Shown here piece after piece: positions 26,201-36,308 of a DNA stretch of 64,000 nt. The position numbers and the translations under genes are program-made. The stretch lies in the NCBI GenBank assembly GCA_004431415.1, contig QPMI01000395.1, positions 496,001 through 560,000 of the forward strand, read 5' to 3'. Under the pieces are notes generated by a model that was not told where the DNA came from, did not search any database, and saw only the letters and a list, made by a program, of their open reading frames with translations. The stretch's first letter is position 1. Each line of letters opens with the position of its first letter. This DNA comes from Cyanophora paradoxa CCMP329 (Eukaryota; Plantae; Glaucophyta).

Positions 26201-28520
26201 TATGCGTCGGTGCAGGAAACTTGAGACTTGTACCTTCGCGACCTTGGAGAAGACGGGTCCTGCGGCAGCTGCCTTCTGCACGTCGACGCCGCATCGCTGG
26301 AGTGCCTCTTCGATGGAAAGCGGGTGGTGCTGCCCGCTGCGGTGATACTCGACGGCGGTGTGAGACAGGACGCGACCGAGCAGAGCCCGCGCGGTCAGCT
26401 CGTCGAGTCCGACGGCCTTCAATGCTGCCTTCTTGGGGAGCTTGACGGTCTCGGCTGAGAAGGGCTGCGTCAGCGATGGGGGGTGGGAGGGGGAAGGGGT
26501 GGGGGAGGGCCGGGGGGCGGGGAGAGAGAGGGATGGAAGGGGGCAGGGGTAGGGCTCAAGCTAAGGGTACATGGGCAAGGAAGGGGATAATTGAATGAAC
26601 TAACGAAAACGGACGGGCGGGGGCCGCGCGCGGGGGGAGGGGGGGAAGAGAGGGGGGCGGGGGAAGGGTAGGGAGAGGCAACGGGAGAGAAGGAGTGAAA
26701 GGGGAGGTTAGTTGCGGGGAGGGGGGGGGAAAGACAAGCCATAGGGAGGGGGCTAAGAGTAGCTAAGGGGTCAGTGGGGGGAGAAGAGGGACAGGAGAAG
26801 TATAGGGAGAAGAGAGTAAAGTATAGGGAAGAGGGGAAGGAATACCGTATAGAGCAGTACATGGGAAAAACGGGGAAGTATATAGGGAGGGTACCAATTG
26901 GAAAGTCCGGGAGACTGCTTTTGTCCCAGAGGAGCACGATCGTCACGCCAGCATCATCCGCCGCCTTGAGCTCTTGAAGTACGAACTTGCTCTTGAAAAC
27001 GTCTGCGGGGGGGGGGGGGGGTCGGCGTGCGGCGGGGGGGGGGGGGGGGTTGAGGGGTGGGGGCGGGTAGAGCCCTTCCCCCCGGGGGGAGGGGGGAGGG
27101 GGGAGGGACGGGGCGGGGAAGGGGGTGGGGAGGGGGAGGGCGCCGGCAGGGGGGGGGGGTAACGGTTGGGAGGTTGGGAGGAGGGGATGAACATATAGAT
27201 GAACAGGCGGATCGCGTCTAGGCGGACGGACTACGACGGACAACGGCGCGTCTACATGTACGTTTACGGACGGAGGGGCCAGGGGTACAAGAGAGTGCGG
27301 CTGCTCAGCGGATGGAGAGCCAGATTCGGAGGCGCTAGCACGGGCAAGGACAGCGCTAGCGTACCTGCGGTGAGGAGGAGGAGGACGCTGCGGGAGGCGC
27401 GGATGTTGGCACTCAGGTCGTGGATAGCGCTCAGGTCATCGCGGTCGAGGAAGATGCGCAGCTCTATGCCGCGCTCGCTTGTCATCTTATCCGCCTGCGC
27501 GCGGCATCGCACGTCGGAATTCGAAACGCGACGTCGAAGTCGGTGGCGCGGCCGCGGCCGCGGCCGCGGCAAGCCCGAGTGAGGGCGCGGCGCGCGCGCA
27601 TACCGTGGTCTTGAAGATGCGGGCGAGATCGCTTGCCGTTGACTGCTTGTGCGAGATGAATATGTCGTACTTGATGCCTGCGCATGCATATGCATGCTCA
27701 AATCATTCGTGGTTCAAGGCATGTGCAAAGTACTAGTGCGCGCTTCGCATGACTGGCGGGACTAGTCGGCGGGAAACGCTAGATTACGAATTCGAATTCG
27801 AACCGGAATCGGTAACCGAGGGCGCGGGCGGCAGATCCAGCCTCTTGCCCATTGCGGACTGCTTCTTGGCACTAGTAGATAGGGGGGGGAAGTGACATTA
27901 TTCTGACAGTACTCTGACATAATTTAAAATGTCAGACCCGATATTATTCTGACATTATTTTTGTCCGACTTGATATTATTCTGACATTATCCCAAAATGT
28001 CAGAATACTGTCAGAGTGATATCAGATATAATGTCATGTTGATATCAGATATAATGTCATGTTGATGATGAAATCTCCTTGCGGGGCCGCCCGGGCGGCC
28101 GCGCGCGTATAGTACGGATGTTTAGTATGAAGAGGCTATATATTGTCAAAGTAAAGTCAAGATAATATCGGGCATGTTGACATTATTCTGACATTAAACC
28201 GGCGCAAGCGGACACTCATCATCGAAAAAGCACCGCCCGACGCTAAATGTTGGGCCGGGGACGCCCGCCGGCCTAGTTCCCGAGCTGATTCTAGCATTTG
28301 AAGGTCAAGTCTCGCGCTGTCTAGTAATGTCAGAATGATGTCAGAATAATGTCATTCATTCTGACATTTTAAATAATGTCAGAGTAATGTCAGAATAATG
28401 TCACTTCCCCCCCCTATCTACTAGTGTGGCCATGGAGCACAGCTCCGGGCAGCAGACCTCCTTCACGACCTCCATGAGCGCGGGCAGACCGACCAGCTTC
28501 TTGCTAGACTGGTCGTCCAT
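20238..28520 (-). pseudogene. NLR-like TIR-NACHT-pentapeptide-WD40 gene, probably inactivated
   Basis: TIR: KYDIFISHKQ|..IFLDRDDL..IRASRSVLLLLT|DVFKSKFVLQELKAA. NACHT: LLLVGEAGSSKST, FLLDAYDEL, IITCR, LVTNPF, FLQNWFERQ, VRFLHK. Pentapeptide: [17 protein letters not shown]...ANLSGAKL. 13 WD40 exons. CACTA insertion in presumed first exon; in-frame TGA at 21218-21220. Confidence 0.85.
27870..28426. mobile_element. Non-autonomous CACTA (En/Spm) element, 557 bp
   Basis: Termini CACTAG...CTAGTG; 67-bp TIR with 2 mismatches; 3-bp TSD TGG (27867-69, 28427-29); many TCTGACA/TGTCAGA subterminal repeats; no coding capacity. Confidence 0.95.
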
Positions 28521-29171
28521 CGTACTAGGGTGACTGCCGAGGGCGCCGCGGCTGTAACGCCGAGTGCACCGGTCCTGCATCTGTACCCCCCTTCGGGTAA
28601 CTTCAACTTCACTAACTTGCAGCGAACCTGCAGCGCTAGCTGGGATCGGACGTCGACCCCCTGCGCATATGCGCATGCGGCCCTTACACTATCTGTATAG
28701 CTATAAAGATCTAGATGAGACTAGATCTGCAACTGCCGCGCGCCAGCTCTAGATCTGCGCATGCACTGCGGCAGGCTGCCCGGCCCGGCGGCCGCCGCAG
28801 CGCCTTCGAATTCCGTACCGTAGTACGTACCGTGCGCGTAGCGCGCGGCGCCTAGGTCCGACGGTCGGTCGACGTGATCGACGAGCTACTCCTCCGAGGC
28901 TCCGCGCCGAAGTCGACGCGGCCGGGCGCCGGCGCCGGCGCTGTCCGGTCGTCGACCCTTGCATGCCCACGTGCATGACTCAGTGGACCGGATCCCGGAT
29001 ATCGGCGATCGGCGATATCGATCCGGGAGTTCCTACAGCCTGAGCTAGGACTAATTATAATCGAGCAGTAGGCCTTAGTAGGTTTCAAGCTTAAGAGATT
29101 AATCTCGAGCCGGGAAAAACAGCCTGTGCAGGCCTAGGGCACGAGCGCGCACAACGTGCACGCGCAGCGGG

Positions 29172-32100
29172 CTAGTCATCGGGGTATGCGGCCGCGAGGT
29201 CGGGGGTAGGCTCGTATCGACCCTTCGCCGTGTCCCATCGGATGAAGTGCCGCCCCAGTACCCCGCAGCGGTCTGGCGGGACCGGCCCCGCCGCCGGCCG
29301 CAGCTCCCCCTCCCCAGCTGCCTTGAGCGTCGGCGGGGGAAGGAACGGGAGGGCGGCCGGCGGGGGTACAGCCGCACCGAACATCTCGTCCCCCGTCCCG
29401 TCGGGCGTCTCGTGCTGCAGCCCTGTTTTTAGACTTCAGCGGTCCATGCGGGGCTGGGGTACGGCGCACGATGAGCTTGTAGCGCGGGGGTACGATGCCC
29501 GGGGCGTCCCAGCCCACCACGGCCCCCAGTACTCCGGCAGACGGCGGATCTGTAATTTGAAAGGGATCAGACGTGGGGTGGGAGGGGGGGAAGGAGGCAG
29601 GGAGGGGTACCCGAGGGGTACGAGGAGGCGACGAGGGGGGGTAGGAGGCGGACGACGTCTCCGATCCGGAAGCGGGGGTCCCCTGCGGCAAAAATGAGAA
29701 GCCAGGGGGGGGGTAGAGGAAGCTGGCGCGAGGGACCCTAGAAGCCGAAGCAGGAGAGGGGTACCGGGGGCGCACCGTGCATACCCCTGCGTCGGCGGGC
29801 TCCCGATGGCCCCTCCTCCTCCCTAAGCGTCGCCTCCGCCTGCGGGGGGTGCCGGTGTAAAAGAAGAAAACCGAGGATTGAGCGGGGCGCAGGGCGGGGT
29901 ACGCGCTTTGCGGAGGAGCCGATCGACGAGTGGTACCTGTCGAGTTCGAGTACGAATTCAGGATTTCGGCGGGGGGGAGGGGGGGTGGAAGAAGCGGCGG
30001 GGGGGGGGGGAGAAGCGGGGGGAGGGGTAGGACCTGGACGGAGCCGGCCTCGCCGGCGGCGGCCTGCGCACGAAGCGTCTCGAGCTCCGCCATAGCCTGC
30101 CGCCCCGTACCCCCTCCCGTCAGAGCAAGCCTTAAGCCCTGTGATTAGCGCGAGCTCAGCGGCCTTATAATAAGTGCTGGCCTAAGCCTTATACTTAGTG
30201 TGGCCACCCTAGGCTAGCGCTTGCCTTGCCTCGGCCCAGCTAAAATTTCAGGCGCCGCGAACCTCAGCTTAAGCCTTAGCCTAAGCTTAAACCTGAGCTT
30301 AAGCCTAGCTTGAGCCTGGCTCAAGCCTAGCGAGCAAGCTTGCGCACCTCTTCGATGCGCTCATCTTAGCCTAAGCTTAAGCCTTAGCCTAAGCCTAGCT
30401 AGCTCAAGCCTAGCTTGAGCCTTCTAATGAGCCCTAGGCTAGCGCTCGAGCCTCAGCTCAGCTCAAGTTGTAAGCCCTGCCGCAGTTCACACCTCGTGGA
30501 AGCGCTAAGCCTGAGCTCAAGCCTAGCTTAAGCCTATGCCTATGCTTCAGCCTCAGCCAGCTTAAGCCTGGCGCCGCGCACCTCGTCGAAGCGCTGGAGG
30601 GCGATGGCGACGGAGGCGCGGAGGAAGCGGTCGGCGGGGGAGGGCCGCGCCCCCAGCAGCACCCCGAGCCCCGCGTGCAGCTGCCGGGGGGGGGGGGGGG
30701 GGGCGTTAAGTGAGTGAGGCGTGGGCGCGGGGGCGGAGCGGGGAGCAGAGCGGGGCGAGCAGAGTGAGTGGGGTGAGGCGTGAGGCGTCTCTCTAGATCT
30801 AGCCCATCATCTTAGCCTAAGCTGAAGGCGGAGCAGAGCGGGGCGGGGCGCGGGGCGGACCCGGTGGAGGTCGTCGTTCTGCTGGTAGATTCCGATCAGG
30901 TTCCGCTGCAGGTTCCCCCGCCCCCCCGCGATCAGGTTTAGGGGGGGTTGGGGTGTGTGTGTGGGGTGGGGGGAGGGGGTACCAGCATGCGGCAGAAGAC
31001 GTCGCGGGGGGACACCGACTCGAGGGCCGCGGGGGAGAGCGGGAAGCCGAACTAGAAAGGGGGAAAGGGGCGTCGGAAGGGGGGTACGGCCCCTCGGCGC
31101 GGGCGCGGCGGGCGCACGAATCCCTGCAGCTCCGCGAGGCGCATCGCGCGGCCCCTGCGAACGAAGTCAGAGGGGTCAGCGAAGGGTCTCGAGGCGGCGG
31201 GCGGCTGGCGCGGTCCAAAGCGAGCTTGAAGCGAAATCGCCCCACAAACCCCCAGAGCCCTCTGGGCCGGTACCCCCCTCCCGTCCCTTCGTTCGCACCC
31301 GAAGCAGTCGACGTAGCGCCAGGCGTCGGGGCGCAGGTCCTCCCCTGGGGCCGCCGGCTCCCCCCGGGGCCCCTCCCGCGCCTTCACCAGAAAGTGCTGC
31401 GCGGGGGATTCGAACCCGTGAGCTCGAGACGGAACCCGAATTCGAACCCGGGTCGCTTACCTGGGGCGCCCCGACCATGCGGACGGGTAGGCCCGCGCGG
31501 CGCGCGACCGCCGCGAAGAGAACCTGGCGGTACCCCGCCGCAGCGTGAGGAGGGTGGGGGGAAGGGAAGGAGGGTACGCCGATCACCGAGAGGGAGATGG
31601 GGATGCCCTGCTTCGAATCCAGGAGGCGGTGAATCAGAGAGTTCTCCTCCCGATAGTAGTTCTGGGGGCGGGGGGGGGTACGCGTGAGGGGCGCAGGGGG
31701 GCAGAGGGGGGGGAAGGGCACGCCTCGCGGTTTCCCCCGTACCCGAGCTCAACAAAGAGGTACCTGCGCGGAGTGCGCTGGTACCAGGGAGCGATTCGGG
31801 GGGTTGACGGGAGGGGTACGCGTACTTTGCGAGGCGCTCGCACCGCTCCGCGTCCGTCGCGGACGGGTCGTCGACGCGGCAGAAGCCGTCCGCGAGCTGC
31901 GAACGAAGTCAGAGAGAACGAAGGGAGGGAGGGAGGGAGGGGTACGGGGCGGCTCGCCTCGTCCAGCCTGCGGAGGACGGCCTCGCGGCTGGCGGAGGGG
32001 TCCGCCCAGCGGGCGATGAGGATAGCCCCGTCCTGTCCGGAATGAGAAGAGAACGGCGCCGGCCCGCCGCGGACGGGTACGCGCGCCTCGTACGGGAACT

Positions 32101-32642
32101 CGGTGCAGGGGACGCCGCGGGCCGCGTTCGCGGGGGCGCACAGCGCCGCCATCTCGCGCTCCGCGAGGCTCTGGCGGACCTCGGCGGCCGCCAGGCGCGC
32201 CTGGTACGCGCGGGCCAGGCGCTCGGGATCCCGGGCGAGCCGCTCCAGCGGCGCCAGGGCGTTCGCGCCGAGCTCGACGAGCTGCCGGACGGCGGCCCGC
32301 CGCGACGCCTTCCTCGACATCGCCTGCGCGGCGCCTCAGGGCGGCGGGGGCATCGCGGATCGCCTTGCCGCGCACGTCGACCGCCTCGGGGATGTTTCGG
32401 ATCTTGCGCTGGAGCTCGATCGCTGCTGCCCGCACGCTCTGGTCGGGCATCTCGGCGAACGCTGCGAACGCGCGCTTCGCCGCGGCGAGCCATATGTGCT
32501 CGCTCTGCTCTCCCCCGTCGACAATGATTCGCCGCAGGGCCCTCGAGACTGCAGAGAGCCGGGCCAGGTCCTCGAGAGCCAGGCCGCCGCAGACGAGCGC
32601 CCAGAGCTCGCAGGGAAGCTCCCGAACCTCGTGCTGCTCCAT
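29172..32642 (-). CDS. FBXO21: F-box + SirB1/transglutaminase-like + YccV-like (hemimethylated DNA-binding fold) protein, FBXO21-like
   Basis: F-box ELPCELWALVCGGLALEDLARLSAVSR; SirB1 motifs DGAILIA, LDE|LA, GNRE|NYYREENSLI..GIPISLS|VLFAAVARRAG..PQ|HFL; YccV motifs FRIGDVVR, GAVVGWD, GRHF..YEP..YPDD. One homopolymer frameshift near 32345. Confidence 0.8.
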
Positions 32643-32676
32643 TTCTGCGCTGTACCCCATCACAAAAAAAGGGGCG

Positions 32677-34601
32677 ATGCTAGCGCTTCCCGGGTGGCGA
32701 GCGCCGCTGCTATCGCGGGCCCTGGGGCTGAGGAGCTTGCCGGCCGGCATTCGGCTGGGCCCCGCGGTCGTCCCGCTCGCACCGCGACTCGCACAAGGTC
32801 CGCGCCCCGCCCACGCCGGCGGTCCCGCAGCGCCCGACGCGCCGCGCAGAGCCCCTTCGCCTCTACAGGACGCGGTACTCGAGGCCGCCGAAGGACCACT
32901 CGGATCGCCTGGGCATCGACTGGTTCGGCGCGCGATCAAGCGGCACCGCCAATGCGGCAGCGGAAGCGGCGAGGCGCGAGGCGGAGGAAGAGCACGACGA
33001 GCACGACGAGCGAGCCGGCGATCCGGCCGCGCAGCAGCCCGCCGAGGACGAGGAGTCTCCGGCGCCGCCCCCGCTGAAGAGCCAGCGCATCCTGCGGGAG
33101 AAGAAGACGCGGCAGGGCTTCGTGCGCACGGCCGCGAAGCTCATCGAGATGCACAAGGCGGGCGCGTCGGACGCAGAGCTGCGGGCGGCGATCCTGGAGA
33201 CGCAGCAGAGCGGGCGGAACGCGGAGGACTACCGGAGCGCCTGCTGACGCACGCGATGCACCTGCTGGCGCGCGCCGGCGAGCTCGCGGAGGCGGAGTCG
33301 CTCCTGCGGCGGGCGCCGGCGTTCGGCGTGCCCCGCAACGCCGCCGTGTACTCGCCCATCGTGCGGGACGCCGCGTACGGGGGCGAGCCTGACCTGCTGG
33401 ACCGGCTGCTCGCCCTCATGCGCGAGGACGGCCTCGTCAGGCCCCAGAAGGGCACCAAACTCCAGTCCTCCCTCTCCATATCGCTTTTGATCTTCGGGCG
33501 GGTGGAGGAGGCGGCCGGCGTCGCCGGCGGCGGCACCCCGCAGGCCTGCTGGGACGTCTGCCACGCCATCGAGAACGCGCTCTTCTGGCCCGACGCCTTC
33601 CGCGCGGCCCTCGCGGCCTACGGCCTCCCGCCCGGCGCCCCGCACACGGAGCTCTCCGAGCGTATGGCGGCGCGCGCGGCGGCGGCGGGGCTCCTGTCGC
33701 GGGCAGACCCGGCGGCCCCGCAGGACTGGTTCTGCAGGGCCCTCATGCGCGCGGAGAGCGCGGCGGAGGTGGCCGCGCTGCACGCCGCCGTCCTCCGCGT
33801 CTACCGCCACGTGGCCGACGCGCGGTCGGCGGCGGAGGCGGCGGCGGCGGCCGCCGCCGCCGGCGGAGGCGCGGCAAACCTCCCCGCGCTCCCGGCTGCG
33901 TGGGCCGGAGGCTCACACCGGCCGAGCTGCTCCCGTGGGCCGAATGCGAGGCGGCCGCGAACGCGATGACGCGCCTCGTCCAGGTTCGCGTTGCCTGTAC
34001 CCCCTCCTCCCCAGCTTTCCCGGGCTCACGCGGACGCGCGCAGCTCGGACTTGTGGCTGAGGCGGAGGCGTACGGGAAGCCCCAGCTCCTGGAGGGGGCC
34101 CCTCGCCCTGCCGGGCGCGCCTCACGGCGGAGCTCCTGGGAGCCCGGCTGACGGCGGGGGACGTGCCGGCGGCCGTGGAGCTGTGGAGGAACCTCGTACG
34201 AGAGCTGGTGGACTCGCCCAGGCGCTGGGGCGACCAGGGAGGGGGCTCCCAGTCGCCCAAGAAGGACGGGCAGCCGATCGCGAACCACCTGGTGGCGGTC
34301 TGCGGCCCGCTCATCGCCGCCGGGCCGGCGAGGCCGTCGTGGAGGGCATCGCGAGCATCGTGAAGGCGAACCAGCCGCCCCCGGCCTTCGGGCCCTGCAC
34401 CGTCCGCGCCGTCCACAGGCTGCTCGAGGCCGGCCGCCCCGACCTCGCCCGCCGCGCATCCGAGGCCGTCTCCTCGAAGGTGTACCCCCGCATCACGAAC
34501 TACTGGGGCCTCAAGTACGGCGGGCGCGTGTACCCCCTCCCACCTCCCCCTCCCCTCCCTTACCCCCGAGCCGAACCCGCGTACCCCCGCAGGGCCCTGC
34601 A
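32677..34601 (+). pseudogene. 3'-truncated copy of PPR gene
   Basis: Same as 36309..38238; ends at duplication junction. Confidence 0.75.
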
Positions 34602-34614
34602 GAAGACGCGGCAG

Positions 34615-36274
34615 GGGGTACCAGCATGCGGCAGAAGACGTCGCGGGGGGACACCGACTCGAGGGCCGCGGGGGAGAGCGGGAAGCCGAACTAGAAAGGG
34701 GGAAAGGGGCGTCGGAAGGGGGGTACGGCCCCTCGGCGCGGGCGCGGCGGGCGCACGAATCCCTGCAGCTCCGCGAGGCGCATCGCGCGGCCCCTGCGAA
34801 CGAAGTCAGAGGGGTCAGCGAAGGGTCTCGAGGCGGCGGGCGGCTGGCGCGGTCCAAAGCGAGCTTGAAGCGAAATCGCCCCACAAACCCCCAGAGCCCT
34901 CTGGGCCGGTACCCCCCTCCCGTCCCTTCGTTCGCACCCGAAGCAGTCGACGTAGCGCCAGGCGTCGGGGCGCAGGTCCTCCCCTGGGGCCGCCGGCTCC
35001 CCCCGGGGCCCCTCCCGCGCCTTCACCAGAAAGTGCTGCGCGGGGGATTCGAACCCGTGAGCTCGAGACGGAACCCGAATTCGAACCCGGGTCGCTTACC
35101 TGGGGCGCCCCGACCATGCGGACGGGTAGGCCCGCGCGGCGCGCGACCGCCGCGAAGAGAACCTGGCGGTACCCCGCCGCAGCGTGAGGAGGGTGGGGGG
35201 AAGGGAAGGAGGGTACGCCGATCACCGAGAGGGAGATGGGGATGCCCTGCTTCGAATCCAGGAGGCGGTGAATCAGAGAGTTCTCCTCCCGATAGTAGTT
35301 CTGGGGGCGGGGGGGGGTACGCGTGAGGGGCGCAGGGGGCAGAGGGGGGGAAGGGCACGCCTCGCGGTTTCCCCCGTACCCGAGCTCAACAAAGAGGTAC
35401 CTGCGCGGAGTGCGCTGGTACCAGGGAGCGATTCGGGGGGTTGACGGGAGGGGTACGCGTACTTTGCGAGGCGCTCGCACCGCTCCGCGTCCGTCGCGGA
35501 CGGGTCGTCGACGCGGCAGAAGCCGTCCGCGAGCTGCGAACGAAGTCAGAGAGAACGAAGGGAGGGAGGGAGGAGGGTACGGGCGGCTCGCCTCGTCCAG
35601 CCTGCGGAGGACGGCCTCGCGGCTGGCGGAGGGGTCCGCCCAGCGGGCGATGAGGATAGCCCCGTCCTGTCCGGAATGAGAAGAGAACGGCGCCGGCCCG
35701 CCGCGGACGGGTACGCGCGCCTCGTACGGGAACTCGGTGCAGGGGACGCCGCGGGCCGCGTTCGCGGGGGCGCACAGCGCCGCCATCTCGCGCTCCGCGA
35801 GGCTCTGGCGGACCTCGGCGGCCGCCAGGCGCGCCTGGTACGCGCGGGCCAGGCGCTCGGGATCCCGGGCGAGCCGCTCCAGCGGCGCCAGGGCGTTCGC
35901 GCCGAGCTCGACGAGCTGCCGGACGGCGGCCCGCCGCGACGCCTTCCTCGACATCGCCTGCGCGGCGCCTCAGGGCGGCGGGGCATCGCGGATCGCCTTG
36001 CCGCGCACGTCGACCGCCTCGGGATGTTTCGGATCTTGCGCTGGAGCTCGATCGCTGCTGCCCGCACGCTCTGGTCGGGCATCTCGGCGAACGCTGCGAA
36101 CGCGCGCTTCGCCGCGGCGAGCCATATGTGCTCGCTCTGCTCTCCCCCGTCGACAATGATTCGCCGCAGGGCCCTCGAGACTGCAGAGAGCCGGGCCAGG
36201 TCCTCGAGAGCCAGGCCGCCGCAGACGAGCGCCCAGAGCTCGCAGGGAAGCTCCCGAACCTCGTGCTGCTCCAT
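34615..36274 (-). pseudogene. 3'-truncated copy of FBXO21-like gene (F-box + SirB1, no YccV)
   Basis: Same as 30976..32642; ends at duplication junction. Confidence 0.75.
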
Positions 36275-36308
36275 TTCTGCGCTGTACCCCATCACAAAAA
36301 AAGGGGCG

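Noticed and set aside
26470-27243. 257-aa Pro-rich ORF and G-tracts
   Set aside because: Mostly C-rich intron sequence; only the DVFKSKF..PDFP segment is a TIR exon.
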